From: Octopus vulgaris
Lineage: Eukaryota
Assembly: GCA_951406725.2 (NCBI GenBank)
Contig: OX597817.1
Coordinates: forward strand, 105,524,001-105,588,000
DNA length: 64,000 bases
Reading direction: 5' to 3'
Shown here in pieces: positions 14,051 to 64,000 of the stretch. Position 1 is the stretch's first letter, and each line of letters starts with the position of its first letter. The position numbers were made by a program, and so were the translations under genes. Below the pieces are notes generated by a model, which was given only the letters and a program-made list of their open reading frames with translations, made no database searches and had not been told where the DNA came from.

Positions 14051-14899
14051 GGAACTTCTGGGACGAGAAGAAAAACAAAAAAATGTTAACAGTGAGTGTG
14101 AAACGAATCTGAATGAACTAAACAAAAATAACTGGCGACTTAAACCCTGATGTACGTTAAGTAATAAACCTTTGATAATGTATTCTCTTCTCCACTAGTT
14201 GGTTTGCGTATAGCTTAACAAAGCTATAAGGGTTTGTGTAATTTGTGGGATGAAAGTTATCAGACTTAAGGCCATCCCCGAATCCTTGTAACAGAACGAA
14301 CTCCACTAATAGCGCATCCCAATGGCCTAGTGGTGGCATTACAGCGAGCGACACTTTTATACCCACTTAATTTTTGTGACAAGTTAGCTTTGCACAAGTA
14401 ATGTAATATGCTGCAACGACATCAATTGAATAATTCAGTGGGTAAAGAGTGTTGTATTTTAATAATCTTGTCACGGATCACGTTATGGTTGAACTGTTCA
14501 ACGCTGTGAGACAGCGTAATAATCAACGTGGAAACGAAAAATATTGTTTACCGTTTTATTTCGCACGTAGGGTCAGCATACAAGGCTGTAGTCGTAGCCA
14601 ACACTTTAGAGGTACAATAGAAATGAAACTCGCGCGCCTTTAGGAATTTGTCTCGTTGGAAAAGCTGCTTGCTATAAAGCAAAGCCGTATGGCGTGTGGA
14701 AGCGAAAATATACTGGCCGTGATGGTCTCTCTGAATTCCTGTGAGAGTAGCGTACAGTCTAGTGAAATTCCTCTCCTCGTTATTATATATACGTACATAG
14801 GAACGTAGTAGATAACAGCTAACCTTTGATACATATTTGGACCCCGTTGTGTCCACTACTCTGGTTGGTATTGACGCAATTTGCCTCTTATTCAGTCGC

Positions 14900-15785
14900 G
14901 CCAATATGCAGCGTATAACCAGTCGAAGTCCCTAAATAAGATCACGTGAGACAGCCTGTTCGCAATTCAATTTGAGCTTACTGTTACTTATAAAAATCCA
15001 GCTACTCTTCATCTCGAGGTCTTTGGTTCCAGACCTTTTAAAGTCTAGCCACTGACCTCACAAGTCACAACCAGTTCCAACGACTCCGCCAGACGCCCAG
15101 GTTTCAACACAGCACTGTTCGTGAATTACTTCACCAGAGATCAACAACAAAATACAACCTGCGAGCCAGACGACAACACCCCTCCAACAGTATTACGGCA
15201 ATCTCTTTCTTCGTCGACACCATCATCTTCTTAACGTCGTCAACAACATCTCTACGTACACAGGCCAACCAGCAACACTGCACAGGTTCTAACATAGCGC
15301 TGTTTGTAAATCGCTTCACCATGGTTAACAGCGAATATACAACCTGCGAGAACTCCAGTAACCCAGGCAGTAGCATTACAGCCACAACTTCGAACGACAC
15401 GTACCGTAACCGGCTCTGCATCATCGCCATAACTTCTTCATACGGTATTTCAATCACCGTGTATGATTGACTACGAACTGGTATCTCTCATTCTTGTGGC
15501 TATGAACATTCGTCTAACTTCTCATTATAGACTCTTTCACCGTTTCTTTCTTTGCTATTCTTATATGTACTTAACGCATACGCATACATCTATGCCTATA
15601 CACACATACACTTTGTTCTCATGACGACCTGTCATTTATTCTGTATACATGACGCGCGCGCGTACACACAAGTTAACATATCAATAAAACCTCTTCTCTC
15701 AAACATTCTACTCGGTTGTGTCTTTCTCTATTCTAACTGGCACATTATATGAATTATTCTAGCCTTCTGAACGGAGTCGTTATAA
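14900..15785. mobile_element. Diverged copy of the 6522-7435 LTR family
   Basis: Shared blocks ccagttc(g/c)aacgactc, cgctgtttgtaaat, ggttaacag, cctgcgagaact, actacgaactggta, cacaagttaaca...aataaaacct. Confidence 0.65.
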
Positions 15786-16520
15786 AATGGTCACACCACA
15801 CTTCACCTTGACCATCTAAAAGAGGAATGAATATGCCTTACTCATCATAACTTCAAAATGAGCTCAAGCTAAGGAATCAGGATAAGTTTGACAGATGATC
15901 TCATAAATATCCGAGTACCAATGTCGGAGAAAAAAGTAGAAGAAAGAGAAAAAGATGTAGGAGAATCTAGGTTAAGGTTTCGATTCTTGGCTGTGAATCC
16001 AAGAAACGATCTCTTACAATCTCTTCCTTTCAAATAGGATATATTCATATTTTGTTTGATTGTATTACCATTTCATTATCAACTAACCGAGAAGAAATTC
16101 ACATAAATGAATGTTTCAGTCTTCTATTTATAATTTCTAGTTTTTGTTGGAAACATAGTAGAATGACTCAGTCCTCTTGAGAGTATCTCTTACACAATAG
16201 CCCGAACTGTTAAAAGTAGCAGCCAAATTCCCCACAAACCACATACTACTATCTTAATAAACGCAATCTTGGATACACTGCACAAAAACTAAAAATATAA
16301 AAAAAACGATAGGACAGTCACGACTAAACCGCTAGTTTGAAAAAAGTTTGACCGACTGCTTAAATGTTATAAGTTTGTTCGATCAGTATTAATCTGGGTA
16401 GAGTTAAAGGAAATATACTACAGAATCGTTTTTAGAAACTTAGCAGATATTTTGTCAATTTGAAAGACTTAATCAACAATTGTTCTTGTGATCCAAATCA
16501 ACTCAGAACAGATCTATGAT

Positions 16521-17645
16521 GGATCTTTTCTGTTTGGTTCACACTTTCCAATTCCTTTAATTTTGTTCCAAATGATTTCAAGTTTGGTGTATTGATGTAG
16601 TTTTGTAAAATAATCATTGACATGAACTTCATTTTTACTATAAGTTAATAAATAAAAAGTTAATAGCTTTTAAAGTTTGTAAATTTAGGGTAATTTTAGC
16701 CATAGACATTGGTGCCTGTTACCGTAATGACAAGTCAAGGTATAATCTGCTTAAGTCAATCGAAAGCCATACACATATAAGTACTTGTTTCCATAGTAAC
16801 AAGTCGAGATAAAGTCTGTCATGTGAAGCTTGTTGAGATAGACGAAACAGTCGATTTGAAACTGTCTTCTGAAGACTTAAATACAACTGAGGAAGGGTGC
16901 TACCTGAGAAGTAGGTTTTCAGAGGAATGTGTCGCAAAACCAGACATGTTTTTCTTTATGTAGTACCATGTTGGAATCGTGACACACTGGAGGAATACAT
17001 ATGTCAGTCGGTTCTTCTAGGAACGACAATTCTCGGTAACTTGTGGAAGGCGTACTCTCATATATCTGCAATTGATGGCTATAGTTTTTAAAAGAACAGT
17101 GAACCAGGATGTTGAGTTTAACTCAAAAGATAATACCCACACGCAACAAGTGGAAAGCACAAGGGCCTCTGTAAAACGAAATAATAAATGACGCTGTGGA
17201 ATTCACCATTCTATAGTCGACTCTTATCTCTTCGAGTATGTGGTGCAGGAGAAATTAAAGTTGTAATTTGCTTGACAAACTCCTACAGTGCATCGCAAAC
17301 TTTTATTTTTGAATTTTCGCTACACAATATGCATTATTTACATGAACTGAACTACAGTTTGCTTTTTGTAATTTAACGTTCATTTTTTTTTTTTTTTTTT
17401 TTCGTAATTCAACGTTTTGTTTCATGCCACAGACAGCTATCACGCAGAAGACGCCAGCTTCCAAATCCGCTTTTCTGACTGGGTAAAATTAATCAAACTT
17501 TGAACCTCTGACAGTTTTCTAAAACTTTTCTAGGACAAGGGAATAACATGAGATTTAGCGTGAAAATGTACACCAATATACCAAATATGAAACATTTCCA
17601 CTTAATTTTTAAAAAATTTTTAAATGTTAGCCAAACAAAAGATCC
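16521..17645. mobile_element. TIR MITE related to the 6005 element
   Basis: Inverted termini ggatcttttctgtttgg ... ccaaacaaaagatcc; internal similarity to the 6005 copy, including X-box GTTTCCATAGTAAC at 16787-16800. Confidence 0.65.
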
Positions 17646-19859
17646 TCGTAGAGTCTTTTCACTTTGTGGTGTGACTTGGAGGAGAGTAAAACAGATAATG
17701 AGAAGCATCACATGACTGAATATCGTAGTTCGTGTTATATCATGGACGTTGCTTTCTTTGTTCGTGCAAGATATTTTTCTTTCAAATGGACCAGGGCACT
17801 TGGCTATAAGTTCGTACAGTATGAAAGGAAAAAAATTACCGCAGCAAGAAAACATTAAACTCACGAGTGTTTCGATAGCTTGCAAAGCAGTGTTCAACTC
17901 ATGAGTATAGTTTGGAGACAGTTAAGTTCTAAATTGAAGTAATATAATATGGATTTTATATTAAATTATGTTTTGGTCTTAGTGTTTAAAACGCTTTCTT
18001 GGTATGCTCTTGAGATTTTATCAGTAGGCGAGTTCAAACTTAACGTGCGAAATTTCTCCTATTGACGAAAATTCTCGTAACGCTGCTTTATGTGGCTTTT
18101 TAGTTTGCAATATGCACCACATAAAAACAGAATCGTCAGTGCTACTCCTACAACCCAACTCCGCACAGAGCTCATTATTACCGTCGAGGATCATAAATCT
18201 ATAATTATGCGAATGATAACTCAAGAAAACTATTTCATAAAAGTTGGATAAATGGATAATGTGAAAGGTAGATGTGGAGCGGAAGTACTAAGGCATGTTT
18301 CGTCGTAAGTGCGAGGTCTAATTGTTTTCACGGTTTTAGAATGGAGAAAGAAGGGCCCATTTTTCTCATGTGCTGCTATATGTTTTGGCGTTCGTTTTCC
18401 ATTGAAGGGGTATCTAGTAAAATGTCTTAGTCAAACATTTGCATGCATGTTTGTATAAAGCCAATTAGAACGATACATTTTAGATGATAAATTAGAAGAG
18501 TAAAGAGATCCAGCGTGGTGGATCTGCGGAATTGTTAGAGCGTTAGGCGACATACCCAGCGGTATTTGTCTAAGCTAAAGGGCGAGGTCCTCCCCGGGCG
18601 GAACCACTTTTGGGTCCGCTGTAAGCAATATGTACTTTTTGTGGGGTAAACTGGAGGGTTGTCACGGGCAATACACACTCTAGCTACGTTAGTAGCTCTA
18701 TATATTGAGTCCTTGAGTGGTAGGCTTAATCAGTCTCTCGATTTGACACCACCGTCTGGCCCTTAGGTGACTTTGTCGGAGTTCACTCTGCTGCAAGCGT
18801 TTAGACCAGGTCTCCGGTTTGAGAATAACTTGTTTCTTCCTGAAAAAATAATGGGTTATAACCAGCGCTCTTTCCTCCCCGGAGACAACTATTATTATAC
18901 TCTTGTAAAAATGGTTAAAGTCAATAAACACTGTACTATAAATAAATTTTATTTCATTTCCTTTTTTAGTGTACCATTCATAGAAAATGTAACATCTATT
19001 TCTTTTTTTAATTTCAATTTTCATGTTTGTGAAATGTGTCAGGAAGTTCAGTTTGACGTAAAAATGTTTTCCATAACGAAACAAACATAAGATATTGTGT
19101 ATTCATTCTAAGAGGGAAGAGAGGAGGATTGATAGTTTATTGTCAAATGATGCGGAAATAAATAACTTCTTTGTATAGTATGTTAGCTATGTCCTCGCAG
19201 GAAAGCAATCCGGATGCGTCCAAAGGAAGGGAACGGATATGACAAACTTGTGTGATGTATACATTTTTTGGAGTGGGGGTGGTAGGTAGAGAGAGTGGGT
19301 GGTTAGCAATTATTCTGTCAGTACGTATTAACTTATTACCTGGATTAGGTCCTTTTACAGATCGGGGATTCTAAAAGAAGAAAAGAAAATTTAAAGAAGA
19401 GAAAGAAAAAATATCCTATTCACGTGAGTTGTATATACTGTTTTAATTGGTAGATTTTTATTTTTCATCATTTTAGGCGAAAGATTTGCTATCGTGATAC
19501 TTGAAAGTTTTTTTTTTGGTAACTAGTATTAAAATTATGATTTTCACCATGTATGTATAGTGTATATATGTGTGCGTGCGATGGTTACACCGAAAGTAAC
19601 GCAAAAGTGGGCATAACTTTTTCAATTAACTGACATAAGTAATTTAATTGCTAATGTTGGTAGAATAACTCTTCCTCAATACATAGTCTCCATCTCAAGG
19701 GGTGCCATTGCGCCATCACTCAACCCAACTAGAATTCACTTGGAAAAAATTCAAATGCGCACAGTCAAAACCTATCTCTTCAGACACTTTCGCCTCGTCA
19801 ATGTCCATCAAGGTGGAGGTAAAAAATACGCACACCACTCGTTTTCGGCGTAACAAAAA

Positions 19860-19903
19860 TCCTAACCCTAAACCCTAACCCCTAATCCTAACGCCTAACC
19901 CTA
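19860..19903 (+). repeat. Degenerate telomere-like (CCCTAA)n tract
   Basis: cctaaccctaaaccctaacccctaatcctaacgcctaacccta. Confidence 0.7.
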
Positions 19904-19919
19904 CACACCAAGTGTGCGT

Positions 19920-20510
19920 ATTCTTTACCTTCCCCGTCCATCAGATCTGTATCCCCAAAGACCGTCCTTCGTTAGACTGACTAGGTGGGAATCGATGACT
20001 TTTTACAGTGGAGTATGGTCACTGACGAGTCCAGTTGGCTCGATCGCCTCATTTGTTTGCCGAAAATGTGTCTGGTCGCGTATTAACATGGTGAATGAGG
20101 ATCGTTTTCAGTTTCTTGTTCGGTTTCCTCCTCATAATAACTTCAGTAAGAATTTTGAGTGTTCCAATGCACTACTCACTGTTCACGATAAAGCCACGTT
20201 CCAGAAAATCAAGGAGACCGACGCACTTGCCATCCCATTCTTCACCAGAAGGAACAAAAGCAAAACAGTCGCAATGACTTTCTATGTCGATCGCTGGGGG
20301 AAGATGTATGGTGCTATTCCAAGGACTGGGTCTTCGTTTCCGGATACACCCACGTTTTATTCCCTTTCACTTGATCGGGAAAAAAATGTACCCTCATTGG
20401 CTTTTAACGCTTTCAACAGATCGGAGGAGACTTCTCTTCTTCAGCTTGATCATCATCTACAGTAGAACCCACTTAGCACATACTTTCCAATATCTGAAGT
20501 CTTCCACCTT
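19920..20510 (-). mobile_element. mariner transposase remnant
   Basis: Minus strand: KVCAKWV, TWVYPETKTQS, KVIATVF, DFLERGFIVNSE, ILIHHVNTRP (decayed HDNARPH). Confidence 0.8.
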
Positions 20511-21761
20511 CTTCTGCAATGCATTGTCATTACTGTCCAGTAATGCAACAAGCGCGGTACCTTGTCAAATGTCTTCTTTTTTGACCCTGGTCCGACCAAT
20601 GTCTTGTGAGTAATTTTTGGTAGACGAAAACTATATGGAAGCCCGTCGAGTGCGTGTGTGCGCGCTCACGCGTTTGCTAACCTTCCCCGTTTGAGAACCT
20701 GTTTTGCTTTGTTTACGTCTCCGAAACTGGTTTGGCAAAAGAGACAAATGCAATAAGTAACATACTTAAAAGAGATCCCGTGGTTGATGTGTTTGACAAA
20801 ACCCCTTAAGGATGTGCTTCAACGTGGCTGCAGTCTAACAACTAAAACAAGTAGAAGAATAAAAGGACACACATACACTTGTGTATAAGTCAGTCTTCAA
20901 ATGTAATTCTGGAGAATTGAACAGGCAAATTTACCTTATCTTGTATTACTCATTTTTCATCAGTTAAATTTGTCTCTTACAAGCTCAAAGAGAACAGCGA
21001 TAGTTTTCTGAAATAGTGTTCTGAATATGTTATAGTGTTTTTAATACAGTTATAGAAGATCATTTGCTTAGTTGATATGGTTTTTGTAAGGGAGTGAACA
21101 TTTGCCAAAACATGCATTTTTTTCTCAAAGTCAAAAATGTAGTAAAATCTCCTCATTGTCTCTCCCACCATGTATGTGTGCGTGCGACACACACATTTAG
21201 TATATATAGGTGTCTGTTGCAACTGTGCCGGGAGAGGGTTAAAGTTTAAATGATCTTACCCCTTCCATGGCATATTGGGAGCGTCAGGTAAGGGTAGCGA
21301 ATCTTTAGGGCTGAGTCTACTGTCACTTTACGTCTTTCTCTATCCTTGAGAAAATTTCGAAATTACACTAATTTCAGAGGCATTTTGAGGAAGCATGAAA
21401 TGGGTATTTGGGCACCTTCTGATGAGGGGCTACTTGTTCCAGTCATTAAACTGCGGCCATGCTGAGGCACCGCTTTGATATATTTATTATCTATTAAAAA
21501 GAATAAACGATCAACAAGTTATCGACTGTGATTATTATATATTAGTCTTACGTTGAAATTTATAATAGTATTCTTGCTAAATTTGATAATTAAATTCATA
21601 AATTAAACAGATCTGTGTACAAATATTAAGCAACTTTCATTAGATCGACCAATACATTTTCTATACCCAACTCTTATTTATCGTTATTACGTTTACTGTC
21701 ATTTGATGTCGGAGTTTGGATGTTTGATCTGATCTGAGCACTAATCTGTCTGTATCAATTA

Positions 21762-24600
21762 TTAGCAAACACCCCCGTCCATTGGACGGTGTAAGTTGGT
21801 GAGAGAACTTGAGTCAAAAATAATGTAATTCCGCTTCTGTCTATGCTTAAAATTGAGGATTATTTGACATAGTTGAGACGTTAAATCAAAAATAAGTGGT
21901 ATTCAAAAGGAACATTTTTTATTTGGTGATATCGGGTATTAAAATGTGAAAATATGGAAAATTATCGTTCGGAATGCCATTTAATTGACCAGATGGTTGA
22001 AGAATCGGTACAAAAAGCATACACGACATTTCTATGGAGATGAAGTCAATCTGTAAGAAATATGTTTAAATGCAATATGAAATTATCAGAGGCATCTGGG
22101 AAGCTGTGCATTGAAATGGAAATATGCTTGACTTAACGGGCATTTGTTAGAAGATTAACATAACCTATCGTGAGGAGTAAATAAAGGCCAACCTGGAGGG
22201 GATTTCAACTCAATGGAAGAACTATTGGAGGGCTGCCTTGTGAACCACGTTTTTTGTCAATCTTTCGGGAGCGTAGTAGAAGAGATTGGCCGAATTTCCA
22301 ACTCTGGAACACCCCACATACAGCTGTCCATGTGAAAAGCATGGTGTACTGAGGTCGAGTCCAACCACTTTTACTGGCTGACCTTGGTTAATGGTCATAG
22401 CAAAGCATAATCGAATGGGCAATTGGATTTTTTCATCGCAAAGGCACAGTCCGTCGGAATAAATGGAACTCAGGAAATAAAAGCAGACTCGCCAGTGACT
22501 TTTCTTGTGATGACTGTGGCTTCGAGAATGTTATCCAACATTTGCTTAACAGCCAAATATGTACCAATGCAAAGCCGAGGAGGCTCCAAATTCCTCAAGC
22601 GCATAATAGGACAACCAAGTTTAAGGCTAAGTTTATGCGGTGGCAATCCCGATGGTTCTTGTGAGTTTAAAATCTGTTGGGAAAAACGTTACTTGTGTTG
22701 GATCACTAACTAAATCAACCGAAGCATAGCATCGCTTGTGGGTAGGAAGTTGACGAAGCAGACATGTGTTTAGGGCTTGGCCGGTGGCATTTGTTGGAGC
22801 TAAGATGGCTGTTTCACACATCCATCCATGATTGTTAGAGAGGTTGGGGTAAACGTTTGTGCATAGCTCCTCAGAGCTTGAGACGTAGTTACAGATGGTA
22901 CTTATGTCAGCCAAACCGTTTACGTCGAGTGGTAAGCTCCCATTACCGACATCCAATAACTTTGAAGCAAAGGAATTATCATCGCCTTGTTGGTGAAGAA
23001 TGGGACGCATGTTTATAGTTAACTTTCTCGACTGGACAGAGCGCCAAAGATGAGAATTTTTAAGGCAAGCATTTAATTCATCAGCTGGTGTGCCTTTCTG
23101 GGGGATTTTGGCTATGAAGTAAGTGAGACTGGATGTCAACCCATTTTGGATTACAAGAGAAGGTAATGAAAAAATCTGGACGGCCACAATGGCAGACATA
23201 AGTAAAAGCATCCTGCATTTTCATGCATGTACTGGGGGCCTGTAGTGTATGATGATGGGAGAATGACAGAACGTCCAATATTCGAAGTAACAACCTGATC
23301 ATTTCGGTTCACTTCGTCACAAAGATTGCCATCCATTGGAGGTGTTCGGTGCCAATCTGGAAAGGGGAAAAATGTGTGGGGTAAATAGTTAGTGACCTGG
23401 CTGAGGAAAGTTTCTGAAAGAAATCATAAAATAAGAGATATCTACCTTAGCAAATACGTCTACACAGTAATTGATTGAGGAGCATCCATGTTCTATGAAG
23501 AATGTTGATGTCATTGTTGCGAACCACAAGCCGAAATGCATAAAATTCCATTTGTGAAATGGTTTTCCATGATTGAAGATGCATTAACATTTTCAGATTA
23601 AACTTTGGCAAATCAATGCGGTGGCTATCATCACCATAAGGGAGCAGTAATGGATATTGGAGGGCATCATGTGCAGGATGAGGTTCATTTATTCTTTGAA
23701 GGTGTGATTCTTGCCATTCAAGAACAATATCATGGTTTGAAGCACACTCATTGAGACTTGTTATAAGCACCGCAACTTCGTCAGTTTGGGGTTTGTTAAA
23801 GCAACCCTGATGTTGTCCTGGTGGAGCGTGGTCACCTTGAATGACAACTTTAAACTGATTTGTGTTAGCATCTCTACCCTGAAGAGCAATTTTGAAAATG
23901 GTTATGTAGGGGTTTATGGTATGAAGCATATATTGAAGGGGCTGCAGAAGAGATGTCTTGTTCCTGTAGCAATGGAAGCACTTCGTGCAATTTCATCAGG
24001 TCCATTCCTCACAAAGTAAATCTGGAGAAAGCTGTATTCATTGCCATCTTGTGGAATATAGGAGCCAATTAGGTGGTAAATTTGACCTTGCACTTTGAAG
24101 GTGGACATAATTTCCATCTCTTATTGGTGTATGACCAGACCTTGTCATTTGGAAAGTGGAATTGTAGGCCTTTATATTCCGAAGAAAGTGTTTAGAATCT
24201 GGATGGTCTCTGAGCAGCAGGGACTTCAAAGGTTCGGCACTGAATTGTAAATGAGGCAAGCTAATCGTTCCTCTGGAGCACCATATACCGGTAGATTTTG
24301 CTGACCACCTCATTACATTACAATGGATGCAAACTGTAGACATGTTGCCAATGATGATATGTGGGTGTGATACATTGTCCTCATGGGGGCTGTAATAAAA
24401 GGCTTTGTTAGACCAGCTACAGGAAAAACCCTCACAAAGACATGAGAATGCATTTTACATTGAGTGTCAGCCCCAAGCCTTGTGGCCCTTTGTTCAACAG
24501 TCTCTAAAGCATGGCTGTTTGAAGTAGAGGCAGATTTGTGAGGACACTGGAGTTCTGCTTGTTGAGCTGTCTGAGATGCTCTGGTGACTGCAGTAGTGTC
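21762..24600 (-). mobile_element. Helitron (Rep/PIF1-like helicase), internally deleted and degenerate
   Basis: Helitron motifs FKVQGQIYHLIGS, DALQYPLLLPYG, RSVILPSSYTTGPQYM, RPDFFITFSCNPKW. Helicase motifs AILAPTN, LRNLEPPRLCIGT, FPIRLCFAMTINQGQ, CFSHGQLYVGCSRV. 3' hairpin ccgtcc-att-ggacgg (21775-21789) followed by CTAA|T at 21762. Confidence 0.92.
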
Positions 24601-25415
24601 TTTTGAAATGGTTGATTTTAACCAGATTTTAGTCTTCTCATCATAATGTTGGAGCTCTCCACTGTGCAGGCTGATACTGGTAATGCTTAATGCAAAAGAA
24701 TTGTCCTTAAACAAACCTTGAAGTTGGTCTTTGCATTTATCACCTTTCTTCCTTTCTGATGAAATTTCAAAACAAGTGATTGCTTCAGCTTCTAAATTCT
24801 CAATTTCTACAATTCGCTTCATAAATTCTAAGCTTTGCCCTTTGTAGTCAATGAAATGAATAAAATCTAAATATTTGGTTCTTTCTGTTGAAAATCATCA
24901 TACTCATGAATTAATCGGTGTAGAGAGGAAAACACTAACTTAATACTTAAACCTGATGAAGTTAGGTAGGAGTGACTACTTCAATTTCGAAATCACTTAT
25001 GGTTAAGCCACATAGCAAGAATAAGAAAATGTTAGCACAGAAGCTAATATTAATTAAACAGTGACTGCTCCAAAAAGAGTTCAGTCCTCCTGTAGTGTTT
25101 CATTCTTTTATTTCATTTACTTCTCTACTTTTATTACTATGCTGACATTTTACCTGCTCTAGATTCATTCCAATTTAATTTTCTGCTCACTTTTCTTCTT
25201 ATATTTGTCATTAGCCTGTTCCATTTTCACACCTATTGTTTCAATCATATTTCTTCATTATATATTTTTCTACATTTCTTTAACATTTCTTTCCTGCAGC
25301 TCCTTTATCTTACCTTCTACTCCTCTTTTAGTCCCTACTCTTTCCATTCCTTGTTATACTGCTTCTACTTCTTCAATAAATGGACCTTATTTTTCTTAGG
25401 TTTATATACCAAAAG

Positions 25416-63388
<37,973 letters not shown>

Positions 63389-64000
63389 GTAAAGATTATT
63401 TTCTCTTTATATCCATTATTAATACATCCTTATCTGTGTTTATGTAAAGATTTGTTAATGTTAGTATTTATCTTTTATATTGTAAATTATCAACCCTTTC
63501 GCTACCATATTTCTGTTAAAATACAGTGCCTCTGTTTCAATTAATTTTCAAAATAATGGACAATTTAGTAGAATAACTTTGTCATCATTAAACTGGTGTT
63601 TGGAGCATAAATTAACATGGAATTTTTATGGAAGGTTTTGATTTAGATCACTTAAAAACTGGAAGTTTGTATTGTAGGACAAAGAGCACTTTTGGATGGG
63701 TTAGTAGTTATCATTTAGCATCGGCTTTCCATACTGGAGCTGGTAAGTTGGAGAGCTGCACCAGGCTCCACTCTATTTTGGCTTGGTTTCTGTGGCTAGT
63801 TACCCTTCCTTAGGCCAACCATCCACAGAGTGTGCTGGGTGTCTTTCACGTGTCTTTGGCATGAGTGCCTTATATGTGTCACCAGTAGGGGTACCTTTCA
63901 CATGTCACCAGCACTGGCCATGACTATGGTTTCACTTAGCTTGACATGTCCTTTCAAGCATAGCAAATCACCAAAAGTCATGGTCACTTGTCATCACCTC

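Noticed and set aside
19914-20465. 183-aa + strand ORF
   Set aside because: Antisense shadow of a decayed mariner transposase.

Overview
AT-rich, repeat-dense eukaryotic DNA. The SINE families, (CA)n/(TA)n/(TACA)n microsatellites and RTE-tailed elements look like an octopus (cephalopod) genome; this is recognition, not a database match. Bases 1 to about 24,900 are mostly decayed transposons: hAT, MITEs, solo LTRs, a Ty3/Gypsy element, mariner, RTE and RLE-type LINEs, and a Helitron. From 25,400 to the window end I assembled by hand a + strand gene that the ORF track almost entirely misses. It has 14 GT-AG exons with consistent phases and no stops (1240 nt, 413 codons, continuing past the window). 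It encodes a signal peptide, a Cys-rich ectodomain, a Thr-rich linker and what looks like the start of a GAIN domain, so it is probably an adhesion GPCR. Highlights: (1) three paralogous phase-1/1 microexons of 18, 21 and 24 nt, each with one Cys, right after the signal peptide, plus a candidate 15-nt fourth, forming a possible N-terminal splice-diversity cassette; (2) two complete minimal hammerhead ribozyme motifs of the Penelope-element type in introns, both antisense, while the sense-strand relatives are broken; (3) MITEs carrying RFX X-box motifs; (4) an apparent CpG-rich to CpG-poor transition just before the gene. Repeat boundaries are approximate unless termini or target-site duplications (TSDs) are quoted.
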